Origin: Christensenella sp. UBA7703 | Lineage (GTDB): Bacteria > Bacillota > Clostridia > Christensenellales > CAG-138 | Assembly (NCBI GenBank): GCA_002482505.1 | Contig: DLGD01000037.1 | Span: forward strand, 2,888-66,887 | Reading direction: 5' to 3' | Length of the DNA: 64,000 nt | Part shown: piece by piece, positions 1 to 9,302 of the stretch | How the letters are laid out: every line of letters starts with the position of its first letter | Numbering within the stretch: position 1 is the stretch's first letter | Translations under genes and position numbers: made by a program | Notes under the pieces: model-generated | The model's database searches: none | Told to the model about the DNA's origin: nothing | Seen by the model: the letters and a program-made list of their open reading frames with translations, nothing else

Positions 1-1
1 A

Positions 2-634
2 TTATATGCAGCCGACGGTGTTTTGCTCGATTTCGAGCGGGATGTATTGCCGCTTTCGCAATACGCAAACGGCGGCAGCGTGACCGAGCGGCACCTGATG
101 CTCGCGCTTGCGCGGCAGTTGCTCGCGCTTGGCAAAGCGAAGCTGCCGGAGCACGCCAGCGCGCTGGAAGTCATGCTTGCGGAATATGACCTCGTCGGCA
201 CGCTGAAGAAGGATTGCATCCCGAAGGTGTTCGTTCCGGCGACGGACGAATGCCCAAGCTTAAGCGAGATCGTCCGTTTCGCAAGCGAAGTCGGTGGCAT
301 CCTCGCGTATGCCTATCTCGGCGACGTGACGGCAAGCGTGACGGGCGACAAGAAAGCGCAGAAGTTTGAGGACGACTATCTCGACGAATTATTCGAAGTA
401 ATTTATAACGCGGGCATCCGCGCGGTGACGTATATGCCGACGCGGAACACGCAAACCCAGATTGAGCGGCTGAAAAAGCTCTGCGAACGATACGATATGC
501 TGCAGATTAGCGGCGAGGACATCAACTCCCCGCGGCAGACGTTCACGATCGACAAGATGAAGGAAGAGCAGTTTTCGAACCTGATCGAGAATACGTGGAA
601 GTTGATCCGTCATGAGCACGGAGAAAAGGAGTAA
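2..634 (+). CDS. PHP-domain-like protein, C-terminal part (5' end lies outside the window)
   Basis: The frame is open from the window edge (no stop upstream of the TTG at 23). The ORF is 203 aa with coherent G/C-ending codon usage. It overlaps the next gene, suggesting an operon. The PHP assignment is only from general resemblance (…AVTYMPTRNT…ISGEDINSPRQ). Confidence 0.45.
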   Translation, partial: LYAADGVLLDFERDVLPLSQYANGGSVTERHLMLALARQLLALGKAKLPEHASALEVMLAEYDLVGTLKKDCIPKVFVPATDECPSLSEIVRFASEVGGILAYAYLGDVTASVTGDKKAQKFEDDYLDELFEVIYNAGIRAVTYMPTRNTQTQIERLKKLCERYDMLQISGEDINSPRQTFTIDKMKEEQFSNLIENTWKLIRHEHGEKE

Positions 635-638
635 TCAG

Positions 639-1895
639 ATGAAGACAAGAGCGGTTCGCCTGTATGGCGCGCACGATATTCGGCTCGAAGAGTTTGAACT
701 CAGCCCCGTTGGCGACGACGGCGTGCGCTGCAAGGTCATCTCGGACAGCCTCTGCATGAGCAGTTTCAAAGCCCTCGAGCAGGGCGCGGCGCACAAGCGC
801 GTGCCGGACGACGTCGCGACGAACCCGACGATCATCGGGCACGAGTTCTGCGGAATCATCGACGAGGTCGGCAAAAACTGGGCGCACAAATTCAAGAAGG
901 GCGACGGCTTCGTCATCCAGCCCGCGCACTCCTACAAAGGTGCGCTGACCGCGCCGGGCTATTCCTTCCGCGAATGCGGCGGCGACGCGACGTATGTCAA
1001 CATCCCGTGGGAAACGCTGCACATGGACTGCCTGCTGCCGTACAATAGCGATGTCTATTTCTACGGCTCGCTCGCCGAACCCATGAGCTGCATTATCGGG
1101 ACGTTCCACGCGATGTACCACACGCGCGACGGCGAATATGTCCACGATATGGGCATTGTGGAAGGCGGCAAGATGGCGCTGCTGGCGGGCGTAGGTCCGA
1201 TGGGTCTTGGCGCGATCGACTACGCGCTGCACTGCGACCGTAAGCCGGGCCTGCTGGTCGTGACCGACATCGACGACGCGAGACTGAACAGAGCCGCGAG
1301 CATCTACACCGTCGAGCACGCAAAAGAGTGCGGCGTGGAGCTGCACTATGTCAACACGGGCAAGCTGGAAAACCCGGCGGCAACCCTGCGCGAACTCTCC
1401 GGCGGAGAGGGTTACAACGACGTGATCTGCTTTGCGCCGGTGAAACCCGTTGTGGAGCAGAGCGACGCGATTCTCGCAGTCGACGGCTGCCTGAATTTCT
1501 TCGCGGGCCCGGCGGATACGAACTTCTCCGCGTTGATGAACTTCTACCACGTGCACTACAGCCGCACGCACGTCGCCGCGACATCGCACGGCAACACGGA
1601 CGACATGCGCGAGGCGATCTCCATGATGAACGCAGGGCTTCTCAACCCCGCCGCGATGATCACGCACATCGGGGGCTTAGACTGCGTCGTCGAAACCACC
1701 AAGAACCTGCCGAAGATCCCCGGCGGCAAGAAGCTGATCTATACGCAGATCGACCTGCCTTTAACCGCGATCTCCGACTTTGCCGAACAGGGCAAGATGA
1801 ACCCGATGTTTGCCAAACTCGACGAGCTCGTCCAGTCCCACAACGGCCTCTGGAACGCCGACGCCGAACAGTATTTGCTTAAGATGATGAAGTAG
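639..1895 (+). CDS. Zinc-dependent medium-chain dehydrogenase/reductase (sorbitol/sorbose-phosphate reductase-like)
   Basis: The N-terminus MKTRAVRLYG…GHEFCGIIDEVG carries a GHE zinc-ligand motif, followed by a Rossmann segment LLAGVGPMGLGAID. The ATG at 639 is preceded by GGAGAAAAGGAG. The ORF-track start at 612 lacks an RBS. Confidence 0.85.
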   Translation: MKTRAVRLYGAHDIRLEEFELSPVGDDGVRCKVISDSLCMSSFKALEQGAAHKRVPDDVATNPTIIGHEFCGIIDEVGKNWAHKFKKGDGFVIQPAHSYKGALTAPGYSFRECGGDATYVNIPWETLHMDCLLPYNSDVYFYGSLAEPMSCIIGTFHAMYHTRDGEYVHDMGIVEGGKMALLAGVGPMGLGAIDYALHCDRKPGLLVVTDIDDARLNRAASIYTVEHAKECGVELHYVNTGKLENPAATLRELSGGEGYNDVICFAPVKPVVEQSDAILAVDGCLNFFAGPADTNFSALMNFYHVHYSRTHVAATSHGNTDDMREAISMMNAGLLNPAAMITHIGGLDCVVETTKNLPKIPGGKKLIYTQIDLPLTAISDFAEQGKMNPMFAKLDELVQSHNGLWNADAEQYLLKMMK

Positions 1896-1912
1896 AGGCA
1901 TAAGAATTCACA

Positions 1913-1943
1913 CCGGCGGGCAGAGATGTCCGCCGGATTTCTT
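1913..1943 (+). terminator. Rho-independent terminator after the dehydrogenase gene
   Basis: CCGGCGG-10 nt-CCGCCGG stem followed by ATTTCTT. Confidence 0.6.
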
Positions 1944-2117
1944 ACTGTCATGCAACGCGAGAAAAACAATATGAATGAATTTGCCTTTTCCTGAGATCTA
2001 TGGTACGATAACGCCGTTGGGAATTGCCCCATCATTGACAACTCAATAGTCAGTAAAAGAACCGTCGTTGCAACCGCAAAGAAGGGCTTTTCAATATGAT
2101 ACCGAGAGGTAAGCGTT

Positions 2118-2657
2118 ATGAAGAAAGCCGCTTCTATTTTTTTGCGGTCAGAGGTTACAAAACAGGATATTGCGCAGTTGTCCCGCTGGATGGATCATCC
2201 GGCGGTGACGCGTTATCTCAACGAGCACGCGGCAATTTCCCGCTCGCTTGACACGTTGATTACCGAAGTGCCGGAGCCGCTGCTGAAGCAGAGGCTTTCC
2301 GCGGGCGGACGGTTTTATTTCGTCTCCCTGCGCTGCGGGCGCTCCATCGGGTTTATCTCGCTCAAGCGGATGCCGGCGGCTGGGGATTATGAAATCGTCA
2401 CCGCGATAGGCGAGCCCGCGCTCTGGGGCTCGGGCTTCGGTGCGCGTGCGCTGCGCCTTGCGTTGCAGGAGGCGTTTTACCCGCGGGATTCCACCGTGCA
2501 GCGGTTGTTTGCGACCATCCACCACGATAACGCCCGCTCACTCCGGTTGTTTTTGCACGCGGGGTTTACGCCCGTTGGCGAGGCGGGGGCCTGCCAGCGG
2601 TTACTGCTCACGCGGGATGCTTTCTTTCGCCCGAAATCTGGAAGCGTACAAGCCTAA
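2118..2657 (+). CDS. GNAT family N-acetyltransferase
   Basis: 179 aa with an acetyl-CoA pocket-like segment (…WGSGFGARALRLALQEAF…) and a C-terminal HHDNARSLRLFLHAGF motif typical of GNAT/RimJ-like enzymes. Confidence 0.8.
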   Translation: MKKAASIFLRSEVTKQDIAQLSRWMDHPAVTRYLNEHAAISRSLDTLITEVPEPLLKQRLSAGGRFYFVSLRCGRSIGFISLKRMPAAGDYEIVTAIGEPALWGSGFGARALRLALQEAFYPRDSTVQRLFATIHHDNARSLRLFLHAGFTPVGEAGACQRLLLTRDAFFRPKSGSVQA

Positions 2658-2751
2658 AAACCACACAAACCGCGCGAAATCCTTGTAATGTCCGGCGCAA
2701 AGGCGTATACTAGCGGGCGTATCTGAATTTTGTGGGGTATAAAAAGCAGGC

Positions 2752-4401
2752 ATGATCAAGAGTTTTCTTTCGGGGTTAAAACAGGAGTTTTCCGGCTATA
2801 ACGCAAAGTCACTTTCCAAGGATCTCATGGCGGGTATTACGGTTGCGGCAGTTGCTCTCCCGCTTGCGCTCGCGTTTGGCGTCAGCAGCGGTGCGGATGC
2901 CGCGGCGGGGTTGATCACCGCGATCATTGCGGGTATCGTCATCGGCTCGCTCTCCGGCGCGTTTTACCAAATCTCCGGGCCAACGGGCGCGATGGCGGCG
3001 ATCCTGATCTCCATCGTGGCAAAATATCAAATGCAGGGCGTGTTTTTAGCGACCTTGATGGCGGGCGTTTTCATGTTGCTTGCGGGCGTGTTCCGCCTCG
3101 GCAAACTCACCAGCTATATTCCGGCCCCGGTCATCACGGGCTTTACCTCCGGCATTTCGATTCTCATCGCGGCAGGCCAGCTTGATAATTTCTTTGGCGT
3201 CAAGTCGGTGGGCGAGGATGTCATTGAGCGCATCGGGAGCTATTTTTCACTCGGTTTTCATCCAAACCTCTATGCGCTCTGCGTCGGGCTGTTTGTGATT
3301 CTGTTCATGATCGCGTATCCGAAAAAATGGAACGCGGTCGTGCCGGGTTCACTGGTTGCGATCATCCTCGCAACCGGCGTGGCTTCGTTGTTAAGTTTTG
3401 ACATCGCGCGCGTAGGAGAAATCCCCAAGACACTCCTGCCCGCCGAACGGTTGAATCTTGCAAAGATTGAGATTCACACCCTCATTCGTCTGGCTTCGCC
3501 CGCGTTCAGCATCGCTATGCTGGGTATGATCGAGAGCTTGCTTTGCGGCTCCAGCGCATCCCGCATGACGGGCAAACCCTTCAATAGCGATCAGGAGTTG
3601 GTTGCGCAGGGCATCGGCAATATCGTGCTCCCGTTCTTTGGCGGCATTCCGGCTACGGCTGCCATCGCGCGTACCAGCGTTGCGGTGAAAAGCGGCGCCG
3701 TGACACGGGTGACAGGGCTTGTCCATGCGCTCGTGCTCGTGGTGTCCATGTTCCTGCTGGCTCCTGTGATGTCGTCCATCCCGCTTGCGGCGCTTGCGGG
3801 CGTGTTGATGGTTACCGCGTTTCGCATGAACGAATGGAGTGCCATTCGTTATATGTTCTCGCGGAAATTCAAAGGCGCCATCCTCAAATATCTCGTCACC
3901 ATGGCGGCAACGGGCATCTTCGATCTGACCACGGCAATCGCGCTGGGCGTGCTCGTGGCTCTTCTTCTGCTCGTGCGCAGGCTTTCCAAGCTGGAGATCA
4001 ACATCGATGCCGTGGACGCAAACCGTCTTTCGGCGGATGGCGAGGCGATCTGCCGGCGCTATGGCAGCGCGCGCGTGGTCTACATTGCGGGCGCGATGAT
4101 CTTTGCAAACACTTCCGCGGTGGAGGGCATCCTCGCGAATATCCCCATCGATTGCGACACCGTGTTTTTCTCCATGCGCGGGGTGTCCTATCTGGATGTC
4201 TCCTGTGCGCAATCGTTTGAAGGGCTGGTGCTCTCGCTGCAAAAACGCGGCGTGCGCGTCGGCTGCTGCGGGCTCTCCTCGGAGACGCGCAGAACGATGG
4301 AGCGCAGCGGAATTCTTGCGCTCATCGGCGAGGAAAACGTGTTTTGGAGCATCGACCGCGCGCTGACGCAGGACTGCGGTTGTCTGGAGACCCAAGCGTA
4401 A
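2752..4401 (+). CDS. SulP family inorganic anion (sulfate/bicarbonate) transporter with C-terminal STAS domain
   Basis: 549 aa polytopic protein. The N-terminus DLMAGITVAAVALPLALAFGVSSG is the SulP signature region. The C-terminal ~120 aa soluble domain (…VVYIAGAMIFANT…MRGVSYLDVS) is STAS-like. Confidence 0.9.
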   Translation: MIKSFLSGLKQEFSGYNAKSLSKDLMAGITVAAVALPLALAFGVSSGADAAAGLITAIIAGIVIGSLSGAFYQISGPTGAMAAILISIVAKYQMQGVFLATLMAGVFMLLAGVFRLGKLTSYIPAPVITGFTSGISILIAAGQLDNFFGVKSVGEDVIERIGSYFSLGFHPNLYALCVGLFVILFMIAYPKKWNAVVPGSLVAIILATGVASLLSFDIARVGEIPKTLLPAERLNLAKIEIHTLIRLASPAFSIAMLGMIESLLCGSSASRMTGKPFNSDQELVAQGIGNIVLPFFGGIPATAAIARTSVAVKSGAVTRVTGLVHALVLVVSMFLLAPVMSSIPLAALAGVLMVTAFRMNEWSAIRYMFSRKFKGAILKYLVTMAATGIFDLTTAIALGVLVALLLLVRRLSKLEINIDAVDANRLSADGEAICRRYGSARVVYIAGAMIFANTSAVEGILANIPIDCDTVFFSMRGVSYLDVSCAQSFEGLVLSLQKRGVRVGCCGLSSETRRTMERSGILALIGEENVFWSIDRALTQDCGCLETQA

Positions 4402-4415
4402 CATAATAGAAACCA

Positions 4416-4450
4416 AGAGCGAGTGCGGCAAAACGCCTCGCTCTTTTTTG
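4416..4450 (+). terminator. Rho-independent terminator after the SulP gene
   Basis: AGAGCGAG-13 nt-CTCGCTCT stem followed by TTTTTT. Confidence 0.75.
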
Positions 4451-4686
4451 ATCTTCTCGATTTTTTCACAGGTTTTTTCTGGATCGCGAGACCTGCGCCG
4501 TGTTAGGATAGAGCAAGAGATATCAAAAAACTGAACACCGGAACAATCCATGACGAAAGAGCGGGTCAAACTCAACGACGAATCATTCGCGAACCGAGGC
4601 GTTCCCCCCAGTCCGCCGGTTCCGCCGCTGAATTGGACTGTTGCAACCCGTGCCGATATCCCGTCATACCGATTAGGAGGGATACC

Positions 4687-6081
4687 ATGACCAGGCTGAC
4701 ACTCTTAAGCCAAGCTGCTCCGAAGCAAACATCGGACCAGACGCATCCCCGCGCGGGTGGGCACAACACAGAAAAACCGTTACGACTGATACGGATGAGC
4801 GAAAACGCGAGCGGATTTATCGTACTTTTGTGCATTTCGCTTTTGTTTGTCGCATTCGGGCTGACGCAGGGGACGATGAAGTCGATCCTCGCCGGATTTT
4901 TACAGATCATACCATCCACCAATATTTTGATTACAGACTATGTCGCCCTTGGCGGAATCGGGACGGCTTTTGTCAACGCAGGGCTTTTGATGCTCGCCTC
5001 CGTGGCGCTGCTTGCCCTCTTGCGTGCGCCGTTTCGGGGAATCACCGTTGCCGCGGTGTTCCTCATGGGCAGCTTTGGCCTCTTTGGGAAAAACATCTAT
5101 AACATCTGGCCGATCCTGATTGGCACCTGGCTCTATGCGCGCCTGAAGAAGGAACCGTTCACCGAGCACGTTTATACCGCGCTGTTTGCAACCAGCCTTG
5201 CGCCGATTGTAACGGAGTTTGCGTTTGTGTTGCAGCTGCCGCAGCTCACGGGCGCACTGCTTGGCATTCTGGTCGGGATTTGTGTTGGGCTGGTTGCGCC
5301 GCCGCTGGCCGCGCACCTCAAGAACGTTCATAAGGGGTTCAGCCTCTACAACGTCGGCTTCACGGCGGGCATCATCGGCACGGTGTTTGTCTCGCTCCTG
5401 AAGTCCTACGGCTACCAGACGGGGTTCAATCTAATTTGGAGTAATGGAAACAACGCGCTTTTTGGCGCGTTTTTGTGTCTGTTGTTTGCGTTTTTTCTCG
5501 TGCTGGGGTTTTGGATGAACCCGCGCCCGCTTGCGGGTCTGCGGGCGATCTTTCGAGAAAGAGGGCAGTCCTCGGCGGACTTTGTCGCGCTGGGCGGCCT
5601 TGGCGCGGCGCTGATCAATATGGGGCTTAACGGCCTCGTCGCAACGGGCTATGTGCTGCTTGTGGGCGGCCCGCTCAACGGGCCAACCATCGGCGGAATT
5701 CTGACGATTGCGGGGTTCGGCGCGTGCGGCAAGCACATCAAAAACGTGATTCCCGTGCTGCTTGGCGTGGTGCTCGGCAGCATGACAAAGGTTTGGCATA
5801 TCGATGACCCGGCTGTGCTGCTGGCCGCGCTTTTTGGCACAAGCCTTGCACCGATTGCGGGGCACTATGGCTGGGCCTGGGGAATCGTTGCGGGATTTCT
5901 CAATTCCTCCGTTGCGCTCTGTTCCGGCGTGCTGCACGGGGGCATGAATCTCTACAACACCGGGTTCTCTGCGGGAATCGTCGCGGCGTTCCTCGTGCCG
6001 CTGCTGGAGGCGCTGCCAAAGCGGGCAAGTCGTGTGCTGCCGGAAACGGCAGAGGATCCGCTTCCGTTGGAACCGGTGTGA
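4687..6081 (+). CDS. Polytopic membrane protein, DUF1576-like
   Basis: About 12 predicted TM segments. The segment LITDYVALGGIGTAFVNAGLLML resembles the DUF1576 family as I remember it. The ATG at 4687 follows TAGGAGGGATACC, so the ORF-track start at 4633 is rejected. Confidence 0.6.
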   Translation: MTRLTLLSQAAPKQTSDQTHPRAGGHNTEKPLRLIRMSENASGFIVLLCISLLFVAFGLTQGTMKSILAGFLQIIPSTNILITDYVALGGIGTAFVNAGLLMLASVALLALLRAPFRGITVAAVFLMGSFGLFGKNIYNIWPILIGTWLYARLKKEPFTEHVYTALFATSLAPIVTEFAFVLQLPQLTGALLGILVGICVGLVAPPLAAHLKNVHKGFSLYNVGFTAGIIGTVFVSLLKSYGYQTGFNLIWSNGNNALFGAFLCLLFAFFLVLGFWMNPRPLAGLRAIFRERGQSSADFVALGGLGAALINMGLNGLVATGYVLLVGGPLNGPTIGGILTIAGFGACGKHIKNVIPVLLGVVLGSMTKVWHIDDPAVLLAALFGTSLAPIAGHYGWAWGIVAGFLNSSVALCSGVLHGGMNLYNTGFSAGIVAAFLVPLLEALPKRASRVLPETAEDPLPLEPV

Positions 6082-6085
6082 GTTT

Positions 6086-6610
6086 CTATGCTTCCAGCGC
6101 GGCAAACGCAGCGTGGTAGAGCAGGCGGCAGGCGAACACGTTTCGCCACCAGCCGAAGTTTGTGATCGAATAGCGGTAATACTTCTCCGTCTCCATAATC
6201 AACGAGAGATACCCTTGCCCGATTGCAAAGCGAATCTCTTCCTCGCGCGTGGGTGCGACTCGCGTGCCTGCAACGGCGTTGTAGGCCGCGAGAACATCTG
6301 CTTTCGCGGTGAGTGGCTGATGAAACGCGAAGCAGACGAAGTCCAGCATGCGATCTCCCCGGAAGCTCCGCTCCGGGTCGATCCAGCAAAGCCGGATTGC
6401 GCCATCTTCCCGCTGGACGATGCTATTGGCCGGCCAAATGTCGAAATTCACCATGCTCGATTCGACGGCAGAAAGCAACGCCCGATGCCGCTCAATCTGC
6501 AAAAGCAGCCGTTCCCATCTGCGGGAGCGGCTTTTTTCATCGGGAGGGGCGCTGCAGACAATACAGCGGAGATGCTGCCTGCGCAAACGGGCGCAATATG
6601 GCAGTTTCAT
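6086..6610 (-). pseudogene. Truncated aminoglycoside/choline-kinase-type phosphotransferase (C-terminal lobe only)
   Basis: 174 aa. It contains a catalytic-loop-like NFDIWPANSIV (compare HGDLHPGN) and a WIDPE (DxD-type) segment. Only about 50 aa precede the loop, so the ATP-binding N-lobe is absent. No RBS is visible. Confidence 0.4.
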
Positions 6611-6796
6611 CTATTTGAAACTTTGTGCGGCTGATCATTTTTGCGCCTCTCGCGGTTCATCGAGTTTGCACATTCAACGTAAGTAGAAAATTAACTTTTG
6701 TCAACGGTAGCCTGTCTGCATATAATGATATTCAGAATTATTCTGTCAAAAGGAATACAGCAAAGCGCAATACAGCGCATGGAATCAGGAGACAGC

Positions 6797-8932
6797 ATGC
6801 AAAAATGGAACACAACCGCGGTGAATCATCGCGCAAACGAAATTCTCGCCCGAATGACGCTTCCCGAAAAAGTGGCGCAGATGGTGCAGGTGCCGTTTGC
6901 CTATGTTTCGCGCGAGGAAGCGTTGGACTGGGCGAAACGAGGAGCAGGCTCGTTTCTGCATGTGCTGGGGGAGGACGCGCGCGAGATTCAGCGGCTTGCG
7001 CTGGGTACCCGCCTTGGAATTCCCGTGTTGTTCGGTATCGACGCGATCCACGGGCACGGACTCAATCAATCGGCTGCGATCTTTCCGTCCCAGCTTGCTG
7101 CGGCATGCAGCTGGAACCCGGCCGTGTTGGAAGAGATGGGTCGCGTGACCGCGCGGGAAGTCGCGGCGGACGGGCTGCATTGGACGTTTTCGCCCGTGCT
7201 CTGTTTGGGAAGAGACGCCCGCTGGGGCAGAATCAACGAGACGTTCGGCGAGGACCCGTATCTGGCGGGAGAGCTGGGCGCTGCGATCATCCACGGCTAT
7301 CAGGGAGAGGACCTTGCCGACGGCGAGCATATCTTAGCCTGTGCAAAGCACTATATCGGCTATGGCGACGCAATCGGCGGGCGGGATTCCTGCGACACCG
7401 AGATGACGTTTCGTAAACTCAAGGAGACGTTTCTGCCGCCGTTTCGGCGCGCTGTGGAGGCGGGTGCGGCGACGGTTATGACCGCCTATGGCTCCATCGA
7501 CGGCACGCCGTTTACCGCGAGTGAGCGGGCGATGCGGGAGATTTTGCGCGGCGAACTCGGCTTTACGGGCTTCGTTGTGACGGATTGGGACAACGTTGCG
7601 AGCCTCGTGCAGAAGCAGTTTGTCGCAAAAGACATCGATGAAGCCGCTTTGCTTGCAGCTCGCGCGGGAAACGATATGATGATGACCACGACCGCATTTT
7701 ACGAGAGTGCGATTCGCCTCGTGGAGAGCGGCGCGCTGGACGAGAGCGTGCTGGATGAGGCGGTCGGGAATATCCTGCGCGTCAAGATTGCGATGGGGCT
7801 GTTTAAGCGGCCGCAGGATCGCGGCACGCCGGACTGCCTCGGCTGCGCGGAGCACAGGCTCAGCGCGCTTTTTGCCGCGCGGGAAAGCGTCACGCTGCTG
7901 AAAAACGACGGTGTGCTGCCGTTGAACGAAACTATTCGAAAAATCGCGGTCGTCGGCGCAAATGCAGACGACATCCGCGCGCAATATGGCGACTGGACAT
8001 ATTTCACCCACCCGCACCCAAGCCCGAAATCAACCCCGGCGCGACCGTATGTGACGCTGCTGGAAGGCGTGCGCATGCTGGCTCAGCCGCACGGGATCGC
8101 GGTTTCGTTTGCGCGCGGCTGCGGGCCGCTGCCGGATGAAGTGGACGACCTTGAGGCGGCGGTTGCGGCGGCAAAAGAGGCGGATGTGATCGTGCTTGCG
8201 GTGGGCGACGTGGTCGAGCAGGCGGGGGAATATCGCGATCGCGCGGATCTTTCACTCTCCGGCGCACAGGAGGCGCTCTTTGAGCGGCTGCTTCAGCTGG
8301 GTAAACCCATCGTCACCGTGTTGATCTCCACCAAACCACTTTGCGTGACCCGCGTGGCGGAAGGTTCTGCCGCGCTGATTGCCGCGTTCAACGGCGGTAT
8401 GTATGGCGGGCAGGCAGTTGCGGAGGCGATCTTTGGCGCAGTCAATCCATCCGGAAAGTTGCCGATCTCGTTTCCGCGGCACAGCGGACAAATTCCCGTC
8501 TACTACAACAGCCTGCCCGGCTGGCATGGCGGACGGTATGTCGATCTGCCGGAGACGCCGCTGTTCACCTTTGGCGAGGGGCTTTCCTATACCTCGTTTG
8601 CGTATTCCGCTCTGCATGTAGAGCGGGAAACCCTCCGCGTCTCGGTCACGCTCACCAACACCGGGGCGCGCGCGGGCAGCGAAACGGCGCAGGTGTATGT
8701 GCGCGATCTGGTCAGCAGTATTTTAACCCCGCTCAAGCGGCTGATCGCGTTTCAGAAGATCCATCTGGAGGCGGGTGAATCAAAGCAACTCGTGTTCCAA
8801 CTTCAGCGGGATGATTTTTCACTGATTCGCGCGGACGAAGTGCGCGTGGTGGAACCCGGGGAATTCATGCTCTTTGTCGGCGGAAGTTCGAAGGATGTGG
8901 ATTTGCTTACGCAGGTCATTGCGCTGGAATAG
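6797..8932 (+). CDS. bglX: Glycoside hydrolase family 3 beta-glucosidase (BglX-like)
   Basis: GH3 N-domain motifs are present: MTLPEKVAQM, GIDAIHGH, FSPVLCLGRDARWGRINETFGEDP. The nucleophile region GFVVTDW and a C-terminal fibronectin-like domain are also present. The ATG at 6797 follows AGGAGACAGC. Confidence 0.9.
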   Translation: MQKWNTTAVNHRANEILARMTLPEKVAQMVQVPFAYVSREEALDWAKRGAGSFLHVLGEDAREIQRLALGTRLGIPVLFGIDAIHGHGLNQSAAIFPSQLAAACSWNPAVLEEMGRVTAREVAADGLHWTFSPVLCLGRDARWGRINETFGEDPYLAGELGAAIIHGYQGEDLADGEHILACAKHYIGYGDAIGGRDSCDTEMTFRKLKETFLPPFRRAVEAGAATVMTAYGSIDGTPFTASERAMREILRGELGFTGFVVTDWDNVASLVQKQFVAKDIDEAALLAARAGNDMMMTTTAFYESAIRLVESGALDESVLDEAVGNILRVKIAMGLFKRPQDRGTPDCLGCAEHRLSALFAARESVTLLKNDGVLPLNETIRKIAVVGANADDIRAQYGDWTYFTHPHPSPKSTPARPYVTLLEGVRMLAQPHGIAVSFARGCGPLPDEVDDLEAAVAAAKEADVIVLAVGDVVEQAGEYRDRADLSLSGAQEALFERLLQLGKPIVTVLISTKPLCVTRVAEGSAALIAAFNGGMYGGQAVAEAIFGAVNPSGKLPISFPRHSGQIPVYYNSLPGWHGGRYVDLPETPLFTFGEGLSYTSFAYSALHVERETLRVSVTLTNTGARAGSETAQVYVRDLVSSILTPLKRLIAFQKIHLEAGESKQLVFQLQRDDFSLIRADEVRVVEPGEFMLFVGGSSKDVDLLTQVIALE

Positions 8933-9302
8933 CCGGACAGATCATGAACCGCATTTGAGATTTCGCAAGCAATGGGAAGCAGGCCGGATTGTTTTTAAAA
9001 CGGCGGGGAATCTGTGTTAACGGCGAAGGGCACTGCGAACGCAGGCAGGTCTTGTCAGCAAAAAAGCATTCGTGGTTCGGATGAGCGGCCTCTGTTGGAA
9101 ACACACGTAAGCGAAATAGATGCAGCGCGAATCCTGTAAAAGACCGTTGCGGATTGGACAAGGGTTGTTTTTTCTTTGCAATTCTTCGCTATCATTTTGG
9201 CCCAGTTGACGGCGCGGGGAAGGAGAATTACAATCATGATAACGAGATGTGTTACATATTTCATTTTATACTTACCCGGAGCGGATCACATAACGACACA
9301 CC

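Noticed and set aside
543-1667. 374-aa minus-strand ORF antisense to the dehydrogenase gene. Similar long antisense ORFs occur at 3391-4575(-), 11231-12133(-), 14114-15025(-), 18182-19228(+), 25194-27128(+), 36698-38659(+), 43267-44100(-), 54870-56327(-) and 57295-58236(-).
   Set aside because: These ORFs are Arg/His/Val/Ala-rich and of low complexity, with no RBS and no recognisable motifs. Each is fully shadowed by a well-supported gene on the opposite strand. This is the expected artefact of stop-codon-poor antisense frames in GC-rich DNA.
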